Part shown: in pieces, positions 27,722-36,840 of the stretch | Position numbering within the stretch: position 1 is the first letter of the stretch | How the letters are laid out: each line of letters opens with the position of its first letter | Assembly (NCBI GenBank): GCA_050998115.1 | Contig: JBPCQM010000025.1 | Coordinates: 1-58,733, forward strand | DNA length: 58,733 nt | Direction: 5' to 3' | Source of the DNA: Pseudolabrys sp. | Lineage (GTDB): Bacteria > Pseudomonadota > Alphaproteobacteria > Rhizobiales > Xanthobacteraceae | The notes under the pieces: generated by a model | Told to the model about the DNA's origin: nothing | The model's input: the letters and a program-made list of their open reading frames with translations, nothing else | The model's database searches: none | Translations under genes and position numbers: made by a program

Positions 27722-30700
27722 TCAGTGCAGCAAGACATCGCTCTGATGCGCCGTCAAATCGGCCTTGTGCACGTCGTCGAGCGTCAGCGTGTTGCCGTTG
27801 TGGAACTCGATCACGACGTTGTTGCCGACGTCCTTCATCAAAGCGCTGACGTCGGCGAAGGTGTGCACCGTCGTCACGCCGGTGAGATCGAGGTGGTCGG
27901 ACGCCACTTCGAAGTTGGTGATCTCATCGGCGCCGCCGCCGCGACTGCTGCCGGACTTTGAGATCGAATAGACGAACGTGTCGTTGCCGGTGCCGCCGGT
28001 GAGCGTGTCATTGCCGAGCCAGCCGTTGAGGTAGTCACCCTTGCCGTTGCCGGCGATCAGGTCGTTGAAGTCGGAGCCGCGCACCGAGTCGACGCCCGAC
28101 ACGAACGTGTCGGTGCCGATCTTGGCGACGTCGCCCAAATCGATGCCGGTCGCGCCGCCGCTGCCTCCGGCATCCACGTGAACAGTAACGCCGGCTGCCG
28201 CATGCTGATAGCTGACGCGGGTAAAGCCGTTGCCCGTGATGGTGTCGTTGCCGCCCTCGCCTTCGAACTGGTTGAAGCTTGAACCGCTGCCGGCATTCAC
28301 GCTCGGCGTGTCCGCCGTGTCGCTGGTGAAGTTGGAGGCGTCATAGATGTCGTTGGCGTTGGTACCAGTGATTTCCTCGATGCTGTGCAGATGATCGGAC
28401 CCAACTGCGGTCGTCGCGGTGGCGTCGCGGCCGGTCGCGGTGCCGGCGGCCAGATTGACGGTGATGCCGTCAACCCCGCTCAGCGTATTGTTGACACTGT
28501 AGCCGGCCGTGTCGATGCCGCCGCCGCCGAAAATCTGGTCGTTGCCGGCAATGCCGTAGAAGGCCTCACTCGCGCTCCCGCCGATCAGGATGTCGTCTAA
28601 ATCCGAGCCTTCAACCTGCGTGACGCCGCCGTGGAAGGTGTCGGTGCCGAACTTGGTGTCACCGTTGAGGCCATGCGATTGCTGCGCCGCGACGTCTGTT
28701 CCTACGCCGCCGTTGAAGTCATGCGAGACCGTATCGAGATTGACGATGACGCCGCTGGTCGCCTTCACGATGGTGTTGTCGTCATAGCGTATCCGGGTGG
28801 CGCCATTGCCGGTGACGCTGTCGTTGCCGCCCTCGCCCTGGAAGGTGTTGAAGGTGCCGTCCTCGTCGCCGACGCTCAGGCTACCGGCGTTCGTGCTGGT
28901 GCCGCTGAATCCGGCCGCGGTGAAGATATCGTCATGCTGACTGGCGCGGATGTTCTCGACCGACAGCAAGGTTTCGGAACCGCTGCCGTGAACAGAGGTC
29001 CCGTTCGCGAGATTAACCGTCATTGCGCTGGCGGCGAGCCGGTTCGAGAATAGATCCGATCCGTCGCCGCCATCGAGAATATTCTTGCTGCCTCCGCTGT
29101 CGCTCAGGGTATCGCTGCCGGCGCCGCCGCGAATGGTGTCGTTGCCAGTTCCGCCTTGCAATACGTCGTTGAAGGCCGAGCCGATGATCGAGCTGAAGCC
29201 GGACACCATGTCGCCGGCGGCGTCGCCGCCGCTCGCCGTGGCCTGCCCGGCGAGGTTGAGGGTGACGCTGACCGCGGCGCTCGACCCGGCATAGCTCACG
29301 ATATCGCCGGCGCCGCCGGTCAGCGTGTCGCCGTCGGCGCCGCCTTCGATGACGTTGACGGAGCTGTCCTGCGAGCCGTCCAGCGTGTCGGCCTTTGAAC
29401 TGCCGATCACATTAACGAAGCCGGTCGCGGAGACGAGCGAGCCCGGATCACCGCCGGAGTAGGTCCCAAACATGCCCTTATGGAACGTAAACGACACACC
29501 GGCCGAGCTTGCGGCGAACGTCAGCGTGTCGATTCCACCGCCGCCGATCAGCCAGTCGTTGCCCCCGCCGCCTGCGATAATGTCATTACCGAGACCACCA
29601 TCGATCTTGTTGTCTTGGGCGTCGCCCGTCAGTATGTCCGCCAAACTGGAGCCGGTGACATTCTCGATGCCCCACAGCGTGTCGCCCTCGGCGTCGCCGC
29701 CGTGCTGGGCCGTCGCATTGTTGTTGCGTCCCATCGCCGGGTCGTTGCCGACATAGGTGCCCTGTTGCGTCAGATTGACCGTTACCCCCGCCGCCGACGC
29801 AAAATAATTGGCGAGATCAACGCCGGCGCCGCCATCGAGGATGTCGTTGCCAACGCCGCCAGCGAGGGTGTCGTCGTTTGACGAACCCTCCAGCGTGTCA
29901 TTGCCGCCCAACCCCTTGAGATTGTCGTTGCCGGCGCCGCCGACCAAAACGTTGCTGACCCCGTTGCCGGTCAAGGTGTCGTTGAAACCGGTGCCGGTAA
30001 TATTTTCAACGCCGGTAATGATGTCGCCGGCCGCCGCGCCGCCCACGGTGGCCGCTGTCGTATCCGTGGCGCCGAGCGCAACGGTGACGGCAGCACCCAT
30101 GGTATCGTAATGAACGGTATCGATGCCGGCGCCGCCGCTCAGGGTATCGCCTCCCGAGGCAGACACAACACCGCAGAACCCCGTCAGCGAGTCGTCACCG
30201 TCGCCGCCAAATAACTTATCCTTCGCCACGCCGCCCACGAGTTGATCGTTACCGCCGCCGCCGCTCAGCGTGGTAGCCGTCGCGATGCTTCCATACAAAA
30301 GGTCGTTGAAAGCCGAGCCGGTCACCGCCTCAAAACCAAACAGCCGGTCGCCAGTCTCGTCGCCATTGCCGCCCTGCGCGGACCCGGAACCTAGGTTCGG
30401 GCTGCCGTCCGGATTATCGTTGCCCTGCAAAGACAGGTTGACCGTAACGCCGGCGGCGGAATGGGCATAACTCACGGTGTCGAAGCCCGTCCCGCCATTG
30501 AGAATGTCGTTGCCGGCGCCGCCTTCGATGGTGTCATTGCCGGCGCCGCCGTCGAGCGTGTCATTGCCGGCGCCGCCCTCGATGATGTTGGCGAGCGCGT
30601 TGCCGGTGAGGTGATCGTCGCCGCTGCTGCCGATCAAATTGGTAAAGCCGGAAATAATGTCGCTGCCGGCGCCGCCGGTCGCCTGGCTGGCAACGGTGGC

Positions 30701-33406
30701 GAGATTGACGGTGACGCCGCTTGTCGCATGCGCGTAGCTCAGGGTGTCGACCCCGCCGCCGCCGGTCAGCACGTCGTTGCCGTCGCCGCCCTCGATCAGG
30801 TCGTTGCCGAGCCCGCCATTGATGACGTTGTTGAACTGGTCGCCGGTGAGGATATCGTCATGCGCGGAGCCGGTGACGTTTTCGATGCCCCACAGCTTGT
30901 CGCCTTCGGCGTCGCCGCCGTGCTGGGCGGTCGCGTTGTTGTTGCGGCCCTGAAACGGGTCGCCGTTGAGATATGTGCCCTGCTGGGTGAGATCGACCGT
31001 GACGCCGGCGACCGAGGCGGCGTAATTCGCGGTATCGGTGCCGTTGCCGCCGTCGAGGATGTCGTTGCCGGCGCCGCCGGTGAGCTTGTCGTTGCCGTCA
31101 ATGCCTTGCAGATCATTGTCGAAGCCATTGCCGGTGAGAACGTCGTTGCCGGTGCCGCCGATAAGATTCTCGACGCCGGTGATGACGTCGCCGGTGGCGG
31201 CGCCGCCGACCGTGGCGGCGGTGGTGTCGGTGGCGCCGAGCGCGACCATGATGGCGTGGCTGGTGCCGCTGTAGTCGACGGTGTCGATGCCGAGGCCGCC
31301 CGACAGGATATCGCCGCCGGTGGTCTGGTCGCTGACCTGGTTGCCCGACAAAACGTCGTTGCCGTCGCCGCCGAGCAGCGTGTCCTTGCCGTCGCCGCCG
31401 ACCAGCAGGTCGTCGCCGCCTAGACCCTTGAGCACGGCGGCGGTGTTGCCGCCGCCAAGGGTGTCGTCAAACGCCGAGCCGGTGACATTCTCGAAACCCG
31501 TCAGGGTGCCGCCGCCGGGGGTGATATGATTGAACAGATCGACGTAGACGCCGCCGCCGGCGTGCTCGTAGCTCACGGTGTCGACGCCGGCGCCGCCATT
31601 CAGCTTGTCGGCACCGCCGCCGCCCTCGATCACGTTGGCATTGGCGTCGCCGGTCAGGGTGTCGGCGCCGCTGCTGCCGATCAGGTTCTCGAACAGAGTC
31701 GCGGTGTCGCCCGTGGCGTCGCCGCCGCTGGCCAGCGCGGCTTGCCCGGCCACCAGCGTGACCGATACCGGGCTCGCGCTGTGCGCGTAACTCAGCGTGT
31801 CGACGCCGACACCGCCGATCAGCGTATCGCCGCCGGCGCCGCCCTCGATGGTGTCGTTGCCGGCGCCGCCCTTGATCGATTCGACGCCACTGGTGCCAAG
31901 CAAGGTGTCATTGCCGGCGCCGCCGATCAGGTTCTCGAACCCCAAGACGGTGTACAACGAGGCGCCCGAACTGCCGGTGTTGCTGGCGAGGTCGATGCTG
32001 ACATCCGCCGTGAAGCTGGCGAAGGTCAGGGTGTCGCCGGCAGCGCCATTGCTCTGGCCGTCGTAATAGTCGTCCCCCACGGACGCGACGATGGTGTCAT
32101 CGCCGGCGGCGCCATACAGGCTGTTCATGCCGCTGTTGCCGGTCAGCGTGTCATTGCCGGCTCCGCCGACCACGCTCTCGATATTAGTGAGTTGAGTGCC
32201 CGCCGAAGTGCCGCCGCCGGCGACGGTCGTCAGCGCGCCGTTATCCTTGAGCGCAATCGTCAGGCCCGCTGTAACGCCGGTGAAATCGGCGATGTCGCCG
32301 AACCCGCCGGCGACCTCGGCGCCGCCGTCAAGGATGTCCTTGCCGCCGCCGCCAATGAGGTAATCATCACCGGCGCCGCCCTTGAGGACGTTGACACCGG
32401 CGTTGCCGGTGAAAAAATCGGTTTCGATGCCGCCGGTCAGATTCTCGATGCTCTTGAGGGTGTCGGTCTCGTTGCCGAAAAGGTAATTCACGGTCGCGTT
32501 GCCCGACACGTCCAGCGTGATGCTGAGTGGCGGGAAATTGCCCGCGCTCAGATAAGAATAATCGGCGGTGTCGATGCCGGTGCCGCCATCGAGCGTATCG
32601 TTGCCGAAGCCGCCGATCAGCGTGTCATTGCCGCCCAGGCCGAACAGGGTGTCGTTGCCGTCGCCGCCGGCCAGCACGTTGTTGCCGCTGTCGCCGGTGA
32701 TGATGTCATTGCCTTCGCCGCCGGTGACGTTCTGAAACAGCGTCGCGACGTCGCCTGCGGCATCGCCGCCGCTGGCGAGCGCGGCTTGCCCGGCGACCAG
32801 CGTGACGCTGACACCGGCCGACGTGTCGGAAATGTAGCTCAGCGTGTTGATACCGCCGCCGCCGTTTAAGGTGTCAGCCCCCGCCCCGCCTTCGATGACA
32901 TCGTTGCCGGCCTTGCCACTCAACGTGTCCGCCCCGCCGCCGCCGTGCAGCGTGTCGTCGAGGCCGAAGCTGTTGAAGGTTTCGTTGTGTGACGCCGTCG
33001 CGGCGCTGCCGTCAAACGTGTAGTTATAGGTGCCGAAGATCGCATCAAACTGCGAACGATCCGTCTCGCCGCTTGACTCGAAGGCGGCGCCCGCTGCCTT
33101 GATCGCCGCGATCGAAACGCCGGAAGAAAACGTGGCTTGGAAGACCGGCGCGTCGGCGTTGTTGGCGTCCTCTATCGTGAAGCTGGTCGCTGTCCCGCCG
33201 ATAATGTGATTAGCGGCATTGTAGGTGAACCCGGTGCCGGCGACTTCGACGTCGTAATGGTGAGTCGAATCCGCGAAGGTGGCAGATGTGGCGGTGCCGC
33301 CAGGATCGGTGGTGCCGATGTGGGTCAGCACCTGGTAAAATAAATTTACGAGATCCTGGGTCGGCGGCGTGGCGGCATCGACGGTGAACGTGGCGGTCTT
33401 GGCCAT
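27722..33406 (-). CDS. Giant RTX (hemolysin-type Ca-binding) repeat protein, probable type I-secreted surface protein/adhesin
   Basis: 1894 aa with many GGxGxDxL nonapeptides and recurring VTVNL...IENVTGS units. No Sec signal. T1SS-like C-terminus (DEITNFEVASDHLDL...TLTL). GGAG RBS. Confidence 0.85.
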   Translation of the reverse strand: MAKTATFTVDAATPPTQDLVNLFYQVLTHIGTTDPGGTATSATFADSTHHYDVEVAGTGFTYNAANHIIGGTATSFTIEDANNADAPVFQATFSSGVSIAAIKAAGAAFESSGETDRSQFDAIFGTYNYTFDGSAATASHNETFNSFGLDDTLHGGGGADTLSGKAGNDVIEGGAGADTLNGGGGINTLSYISDTSAGVSVTLVAGQAALASGGDAAGDVATLFQNVTGGEGNDIITGDSGNNVLAGGDGNDTLFGLGGNDTLIGGFGNDTLDGGTGIDTADYSYLSAGNFPPLSITLDVSGNATVNYLFGNETDTLKSIENLTGGIETDFFTGNAGVNVLKGGAGDDYLIGGGGKDILDGGAEVAGGFGDIADFTGVTAGLTIALKDNGALTTVAGGGTSAGTQLTNIESVVGGAGNDTLTGNSGMNSLYGAAGDDTIVASVGDDYYDGQSNGAAGDTLTFASFTADVSIDLASNTGSSGASLYTVLGFENLIGGAGNDTLLGTSGVESIKGGAGNDTIEGGAGGDTLIGGVGVDTLSYAHSASPVSVTLVAGQAALASGGDATGDTATLFENLIGSSGADTLTGDANANVIEGGGGADKLNGGAGVDTVSYEHAGGGVYVDLFNHITPGGGTLTGFENVTGSAFDDTLGGGNTAAVLKGLGGDDLLVGGDGKDTLLGGDGNDVLSGNQVSDQTTGGDILSGGLGIDTVDYSGTSHAIMVALGATDTTAATVGGAATGDVITGVENLIGGTGNDVLTGNGFDNDLQGIDGNDKLTGGAGNDILDGGNGTDTANYAASVAGVTVDLTQQGTYLNGDPFQGRNNNATAQHGGDAEGDKLWGIENVTGSAHDDILTGDQFNNVINGGLGNDLIEGGDGNDVLTGGGGVDTLSYAHATSGVTVNLATVASQATGGAGSDIISGFTNLIGSSGDDHLTGNALANIIEGGAGNDTLDGGAGNDTIEGGAGNDILNGGTGFDTVSYAHSAAGVTVNLSLQGNDNPDGSPNLGSGSAQGGNGDETGDRLFGFEAVTGSAFNDLLYGSIATATTLSGGGGNDQLVGGVAKDKLFGGDGDDSLTGFCGVVSASGGDTLSGGAGIDTVHYDTMGAAVTVALGATDTTAATVGGAAAGDIITGVENITGTGFNDTLTGNGVSNVLVGGAGNDNLKGLGGNDTLEGSSNDDTLAGGVGNDILDGGAGVDLANYFASAAGVTVNLTQQGTYVGNDPAMGRNNNATAQHGGDAEGDTLWGIENVTGSSLADILTGDAQDNKIDGGLGNDIIAGGGGNDWLIGGGGIDTLTFAASSAGVSFTFHKGMFGTYSGGDPGSLVSATGFVNVIGSSKADTLDGSQDSSVNVIEGGADGDTLTGGAGDIVSYAGSSAAVSVTLNLAGQATASGGDAAGDMVSGFSSIIGSAFNDVLQGGTGNDTIRGGAGSDTLSDSGGSKNILDGGDGSDLFSNRLAASAMTVNLANGTSVHGSGSETLLSVENIRASQHDDIFTAAGFSGTSTNAGSLSVGDEDGTFNTFQGEGGNDSVTGNGATRIRYDDNTIVKATSGVIVNLDTVSHDFNGGVGTDVAAQQSHGLNGDTKFGTDTFHGGVTQVEGSDLDDILIGGSASEAFYGIAGNDQIFGGGGIDTAGYSVNNTLSGVDGITVNLAAGTATGRDATATTAVGSDHLHSIEEITGTNANDIYDASNFTSDTADTPSVNAGSGSSFNQFEGEGGNDTITGNGFTRVSYQHAAAGVTVHVDAGGSGGATGIDLGDVAKIGTDTFVSGVDSVRGSDFNDLIAGNGKGDYLNGWLGNDTLTGGTGNDTFVYSISKSGSSRGGGADEITNFEVASDHLDLTGVTTVHTFADVSALMKDVGNNVVIEFHNGNTLTLDDVHKADLTAHQSDVLLH

Positions 33407-33422
33407 CTCAATTCTCCCAACC

Positions 33423-33441
33423 GGCAGGCGAAACGCCTGCC
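33423..33441 (-). promoter_or_regulatory. Perfect 8-bp hairpin directly 5' of the RTX gene RBS
   Basis: GGCAGGCG-TTT-CGCCTGCC on the coding strand, followed by GGTTGGGAGAATTGAG-ATG. Confidence 0.5.
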
Positions 33442-33490
33442 ATGAATTTCTGGCGTCAACCGACGCCGCCTGATCGCATCAGCACTACCT

Positions 33491-33568
33491 GCGCCAACAA
33501 CCGCGGCGCCAACAACGCGGCGCCAACAATCGCGGCACCATGACCGCGGCACCATGACCGCGGCACGA
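33491..33568. repeat. Tandem array of about six 14-15 bp units
   Basis: GCGCCAACAAC / CGCGGCGCCAACAA / CGCGGCGCCAACAAT / CGCGGCACCATGAC / CGCGGCACCATGAC / CGCGGCACGA. Confidence 0.85.
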
Positions 33569-33738
33569 AACTTTGCGTTCGGTTTAGCTGAATGTGCGCG
33601 CCTGCCGCGCGTTTCTTATTGAGCGGATTGAACGTCCGGCGCACATTGTTATACAGCAGCCACCGCCCGCGCAATAAAGAAAGACATGTCACACCCGCCT
33701 AACCGGCGGAAGTGAGTCCGCGTAAACCTTTGAAAGAA

Positions 33739-33814
33739 TGGTGCCCAGGGGCGGAATCGAACCACCGACACTGCGATTTTCAATCGCATGCTCTACCAAC
33801 TGAGCTACCTGGGC
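33739..33814 (-). tRNA. tRNA-Phe (GAA)
   Basis: GCCCAGGTAGCTCAGTTGGTAGAGCA-TGCGA-TTGAAAA-TCGCA-GTGTCGGTGGTTCGATTCCGCCCCTGGGCACCA; 76 nt with encoded CCA. Confidence 0.97.
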
Positions 33815-33912
33815 GCCGAACCCGCTGGAAATAGCAGGCAAACGAGAGCGCGGGCGTTATAGATGCTGGGTTTTCGGCTGTCCAGAACCGCGCCAAATCG
33901 GGGTCTTTGCGC

Positions 33913-34485
33913 TCAAGGCGCCGCGCCAACCGCACGGCGGAACCGCTGTTTGAGCACCTCGCCGTCGCGCTCCGGCAGCACGCGCGGCGGATCGTCCGCC
34001 GCGATCTTCACCCGCGCAAACAGCATCTCATTATATCCGGCAAGCTGCGCCGCCAGCGCGTCGACCGCCGCCTCGTCGGCAACGTCAAAGCATTGCGCGA
34101 AGCCGCAGGCGCGCGCGGCGGCGACCAGATCGACGCCCTTTTGCGTGTGGCTCGGCTGCATGCCGGTCTCGCCATAGACGCCGTTGTCGAACACGATGAC
34201 GGCGAGATTGGCCGGCCGCTTGACGCCGATGGTGGCGAGCGAGCCGAGCCCCATCAGCATCTCGCCGTCGCCGGTGATGACCACGACGCGCTTGTCCGGC
34301 TGGGCCAGCGCCAGGCCGAGCCCGATCATCGCGGCGCCGCCCATCGCGCCCCATAAATAAAAGTCGCGGTCGTCCTCGCCCAGCGAAGCAAGGTCCCAGG
34401 TGGTCGAGCCGAGCCCCGGCACGATGAACATGTCGCGCGGACGTTTTTCCAGCAGGCGTTTGATGGCGGCGCGGCGTTCGATCAT
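33913..34485 (-). CDS. Sulfopyruvate/phosphonopyruvate decarboxylase beta-subunit-like (ComE-like)
   Basis: GAMGGA and the TPP motif GDGEMLM...DNG..ETGMQ. Confidence 0.75.
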   Translation of the reverse strand: MIERRAAIKRLLEKRPRDMFIVPGLGSTTWDLASLGEDDRDFYLWGAMGGAAMIGLGLALAQPDKRVVVITGDGEMLMGLGSLATIGVKRPANLAVIVFDNGVYGETGMQPSHTQKGVDLVAAARACGFAQCFDVADEAAVDALAAQLAGYNEMLFARVKIAADDPPRVLPERDGEVLKQRFRRAVGAAP

Positions 34486-35009
34486 TTGGTCCAAACCTTT
34501 TTGCCGATCAGTTGCTGCGACAGCAGCACCGCCACCGCGGCGTCGCCGCCGAACACGCGCTGCGCGGCGGACTGCGCGATGCTCTCGACCTCGTCGGGCT
34601 TGCCGGCGCGCTCGACCTCGACCTCACACAATTTCAATGTCGGCTCGACGATCGAGCCCATCGGCTTCTGCCACGGATTGAATTCTTCCCACTCGCCGCG
34701 CATTGTCACGAACATCAGCAGCGGAAACCGGCAGGTGCGGATCAGCGACAGCATATTGATGCAGTTGCCGACGCCGCTCGACTGCATCAGCAGTGCACAA
34801 CGCTGGCCGCCGAGCCAGGCGCCGGCGGCCAGCGCCACGCCCTCCTCCTCGGTGGTCAACGAGACATCGTGAATATCGGGGTCGTCGACGCAGCTCTGGA
34901 TCAGGCGGGTATGGCCGGCATCCGGAACGTAGCCGACCTGTCGCACATCGGCGCGCTTGAGCACCGCATACAGTCGATCGGGCCAATCGGCGGCGGCCGT
35001 CGAAGTCAT
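34482..35009 (-). CDS. Sulfopyruvate/phosphonopyruvate decarboxylase alpha-subunit-like (ComD-like)
   Basis: YVPD, TTEEEGVALAAGAWLGG, MQSSGVGN and RGEWEEFNPWQ. Confidence 0.75.
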   Translation of the reverse strand: MTSTAAADWPDRLYAVLKRADVRQVGYVPDAGHTRLIQSCVDDPDIHDVSLTTEEEGVALAAGAWLGGQRCALLMQSSGVGNCINMLSLIRTCRFPLLMFVTMRGEWEEFNPWQKPMGSIVEPTLKLCEVEVERAGKPDEVESIAQSAAQRVFGGDAAVAVLLSQQLIGKKVWTK

Positions 35010-35206
35010 TTCGTCTGATCCTTGGTTTGCTTTTCGGGCTTCTCGCCGTCCTCGTCTTCATCCTCAACCACCGGTACCGAATAAACCCCGGAAAACCAGC
35101 GATGCAGATCGACATCGGCGCAGCGCCGCGAGCAGAACGGCCGCAACTTGTCGTCGGCGGGCTTGCCGCAGATCGGGCAGGGTTTTCCGGGCGCGAGTTC
35201 AGGCAT
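35006..35206 (-). CDS. yacG: DNA gyrase inhibitor YacG
   Basis: CPICGK...RPFCSRRCADVDLHRW. Confidence 0.92.
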   Translation of the reverse strand: MPELAPGKPCPICGKPADDKLRPFCSRRCADVDLHRWFSGVYSVPVVEDEDEDGEKPEKQTKDQTK

Positions 35207-36719
35207 TGTTACTTCCAGCCGCGGCATCGCGCGCGCGCAATTCAGTCTTCAGGATTTTGCCGTAATTGTTTTTCGGCAGCGCGTCGATGAAAACATAATC
35301 CTTCGGCCGCTTGAAGCGGGCGATCTGTGACAGGCATAACGCGTCGAGCTCGGCGGGTTTGGCCAGTCCCACCACGTAAGCCACCACGACCTCGCCCCAT
35401 TCGCGGTCGGGACGGCCGATCACCGAGACTTCGCGCACGCCGCCGTGCCGGAGCAACACCTCCTCGACCTCGCGCGGATAGACGTTGGAGCCGCCGGATA
35501 TAATGACGTCCTTGGAGCGGTCCTTCAGCGACAGATAACCGTCCGCGTCGAACGCGCCGACATCGCCGGTGTGCAGCCAGCCGCCTTGCAGCGCTGCGGC
35601 GCTGGCCTCCTTGTTCTGCCAGTAGCCGGCCATCAGCACATCGCCGCGGCACAGAATTTCGCCGGTCTCGCCCGGCCGCAAGGTGCGGCCATCATCATCA
35701 ACAACCGCGACCTCGACGCTGGCATAAGGCCGGCCGGCCGAGGCCAGCCGCTCGCGCCAGCGCGGATGACCGCGATCGGCCACCTCGGCTTTCGGCAGCA
35801 TGGTGATGGTCATCGGGCATTCGCCCTGACCGTAGATTTGCGCCAGCCGCGGCCCGAAGCGATCGAGCGCCTTGACGGCGTCCTCGACATACATCGGCGC
35901 GCCGCCCCAGATCAGCGTGCGGATGTTCGACGGATCGCAATCGGCGCCGCTTGCCGTGAGCCGGTTGATCATGGTCGGCGCCGCGAACATCGAGATATTC
36001 GGCCAGTGGCGGAACAGCGCGAAAATCTCGTCCGCCTCGAAGCCGCCGGATTCCGCCACCGCGTTGACGCCGCCGAACGCGACGTGCGCCATGATGTAGA
36101 GGCCGGAGCCGTGGCTCATCGGCGCCGCGTGTAGAATAGTGTCGCCGGCCGCGACCGGATCGACTTCGCTCGCGTAAGCAAAGGTCGCCTCGCGCAGCGA
36201 ACGGTGCGTCAGCATCGCGCCTTTCGGCTTGCCGGTAGTGCCGGACGTGTAGAACAGCCAAGCAAGATCGCCGGCGTTGCGCGGCGTCAGGGCAATCGGA
36301 TCCGCGCCGAGCAGCGCCTGATAGCCCGGTCCGTCGATGCGGATCAGCCGCTCCAGAGATTTTGGCGCGTGCGGCGCGATGGCATCATCGAGCCCACTCG
36401 AGGCAAAGCAAACGCGCGCGCCGGATTGCTCAAGAATATAGCCAAGCTCTGCGCCGTGCAGCTTGGCGTTGGCCGGCACCGCGGCGAGGCCGGCGTGCCA
36501 GATCGCAAACAGCAGTTCGACATATTCGGTGCAATTCTTTGCAACGATGGCGACGCGGTCACCGGGCTTCAATGCGAACTCGCCGCGCAAGGCGCCGGCG
36601 AGCCGCGCGGCGCGCGACGCCAGCGCGGCATAGTCATGAACGACATGCGTGCCCTTGGCGACCGCCGGGCGAGACGCGTGGCTCTTGCCGGCGCGTTCGA
36701 GCCAGAGCGCGATGTTCAT
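35199..36719 (-). CDS. AMP-dependent acyl-CoA synthetase/ligase
   Basis: YTSGTTGKPKG, YGQGE, GWLHTGD, SGGSNVYPREVE and PKNNYGK. Confidence 0.88.
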   Translation of the reverse strand: MNIALWLERAGKSHASRPAVAKGTHVVHDYAALASRAARLAGALRGEFALKPGDRVAIVAKNCTEYVELLFAIWHAGLAAVPANAKLHGAELGYILEQSGARVCFASSGLDDAIAPHAPKSLERLIRIDGPGYQALLGADPIALTPRNAGDLAWLFYTSGTTGKPKGAMLTHRSLREATFAYASEVDPVAAGDTILHAAPMSHGSGLYIMAHVAFGGVNAVAESGGFEADEIFALFRHWPNISMFAAPTMINRLTASGADCDPSNIRTLIWGGAPMYVEDAVKALDRFGPRLAQIYGQGECPMTITMLPKAEVADRGHPRWRERLASAGRPYASVEVAVVDDDGRTLRPGETGEILCRGDVLMAGYWQNKEASAAALQGGWLHTGDVGAFDADGYLSLKDRSKDVIISGGSNVYPREVEEVLLRHGGVREVSVIGRPDREWGEVVVAYVVGLAKPAELDALCLSQIARFKRPKDYVFIDALPKNNYGKILKTELRARDAAAGSNNA

Positions 36720-36731
36720 GGCACCCGCTAC

Positions 36732-36832
36732 GTCGTCATTCCGGGACGCGCTGCAAGCGCGGACCCGGAATCCAGGGCTGTTCTCCTCTGGATTCCGGGT
36801 TCGCTCGTTGCACTCGCGCCCCGGAATGACAG
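36732..36832. repeat. CGTC-type REP-like double palindrome
   Basis: GTCATTCCGGG...CCCGGAATCCAG...CTGGATTCCGGG...CCCGGAATGAC. Confidence 0.8.
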
Positions 36833-36840
36833 CATGATTT

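Noticed and set aside
30461-32869. Long plus-strand ORFs opposite the RTX gene
   Set aside because: These are antisense shadows expected from high-GC repetitive codons, with no protein motifs.
33491-33568. Tandem array as a mini-CRISPR
   Set aside because: The units are 14-15 bp and contiguous, with no unique spacers, and there are no cas genes.
33560-33590. c-di-GMP-I riboswitch (AAACC...ACGCAAAG on the minus strand)
   Set aside because: The GNRA-capped hairpin required between these motifs is missing, so only fragments match.
23600-33814. Integrative element or prophage at tRNA-Phe
   Set aside because: No integrase, phage or conjugation genes, and I did not spot a duplicated tRNA 3' end by eye.
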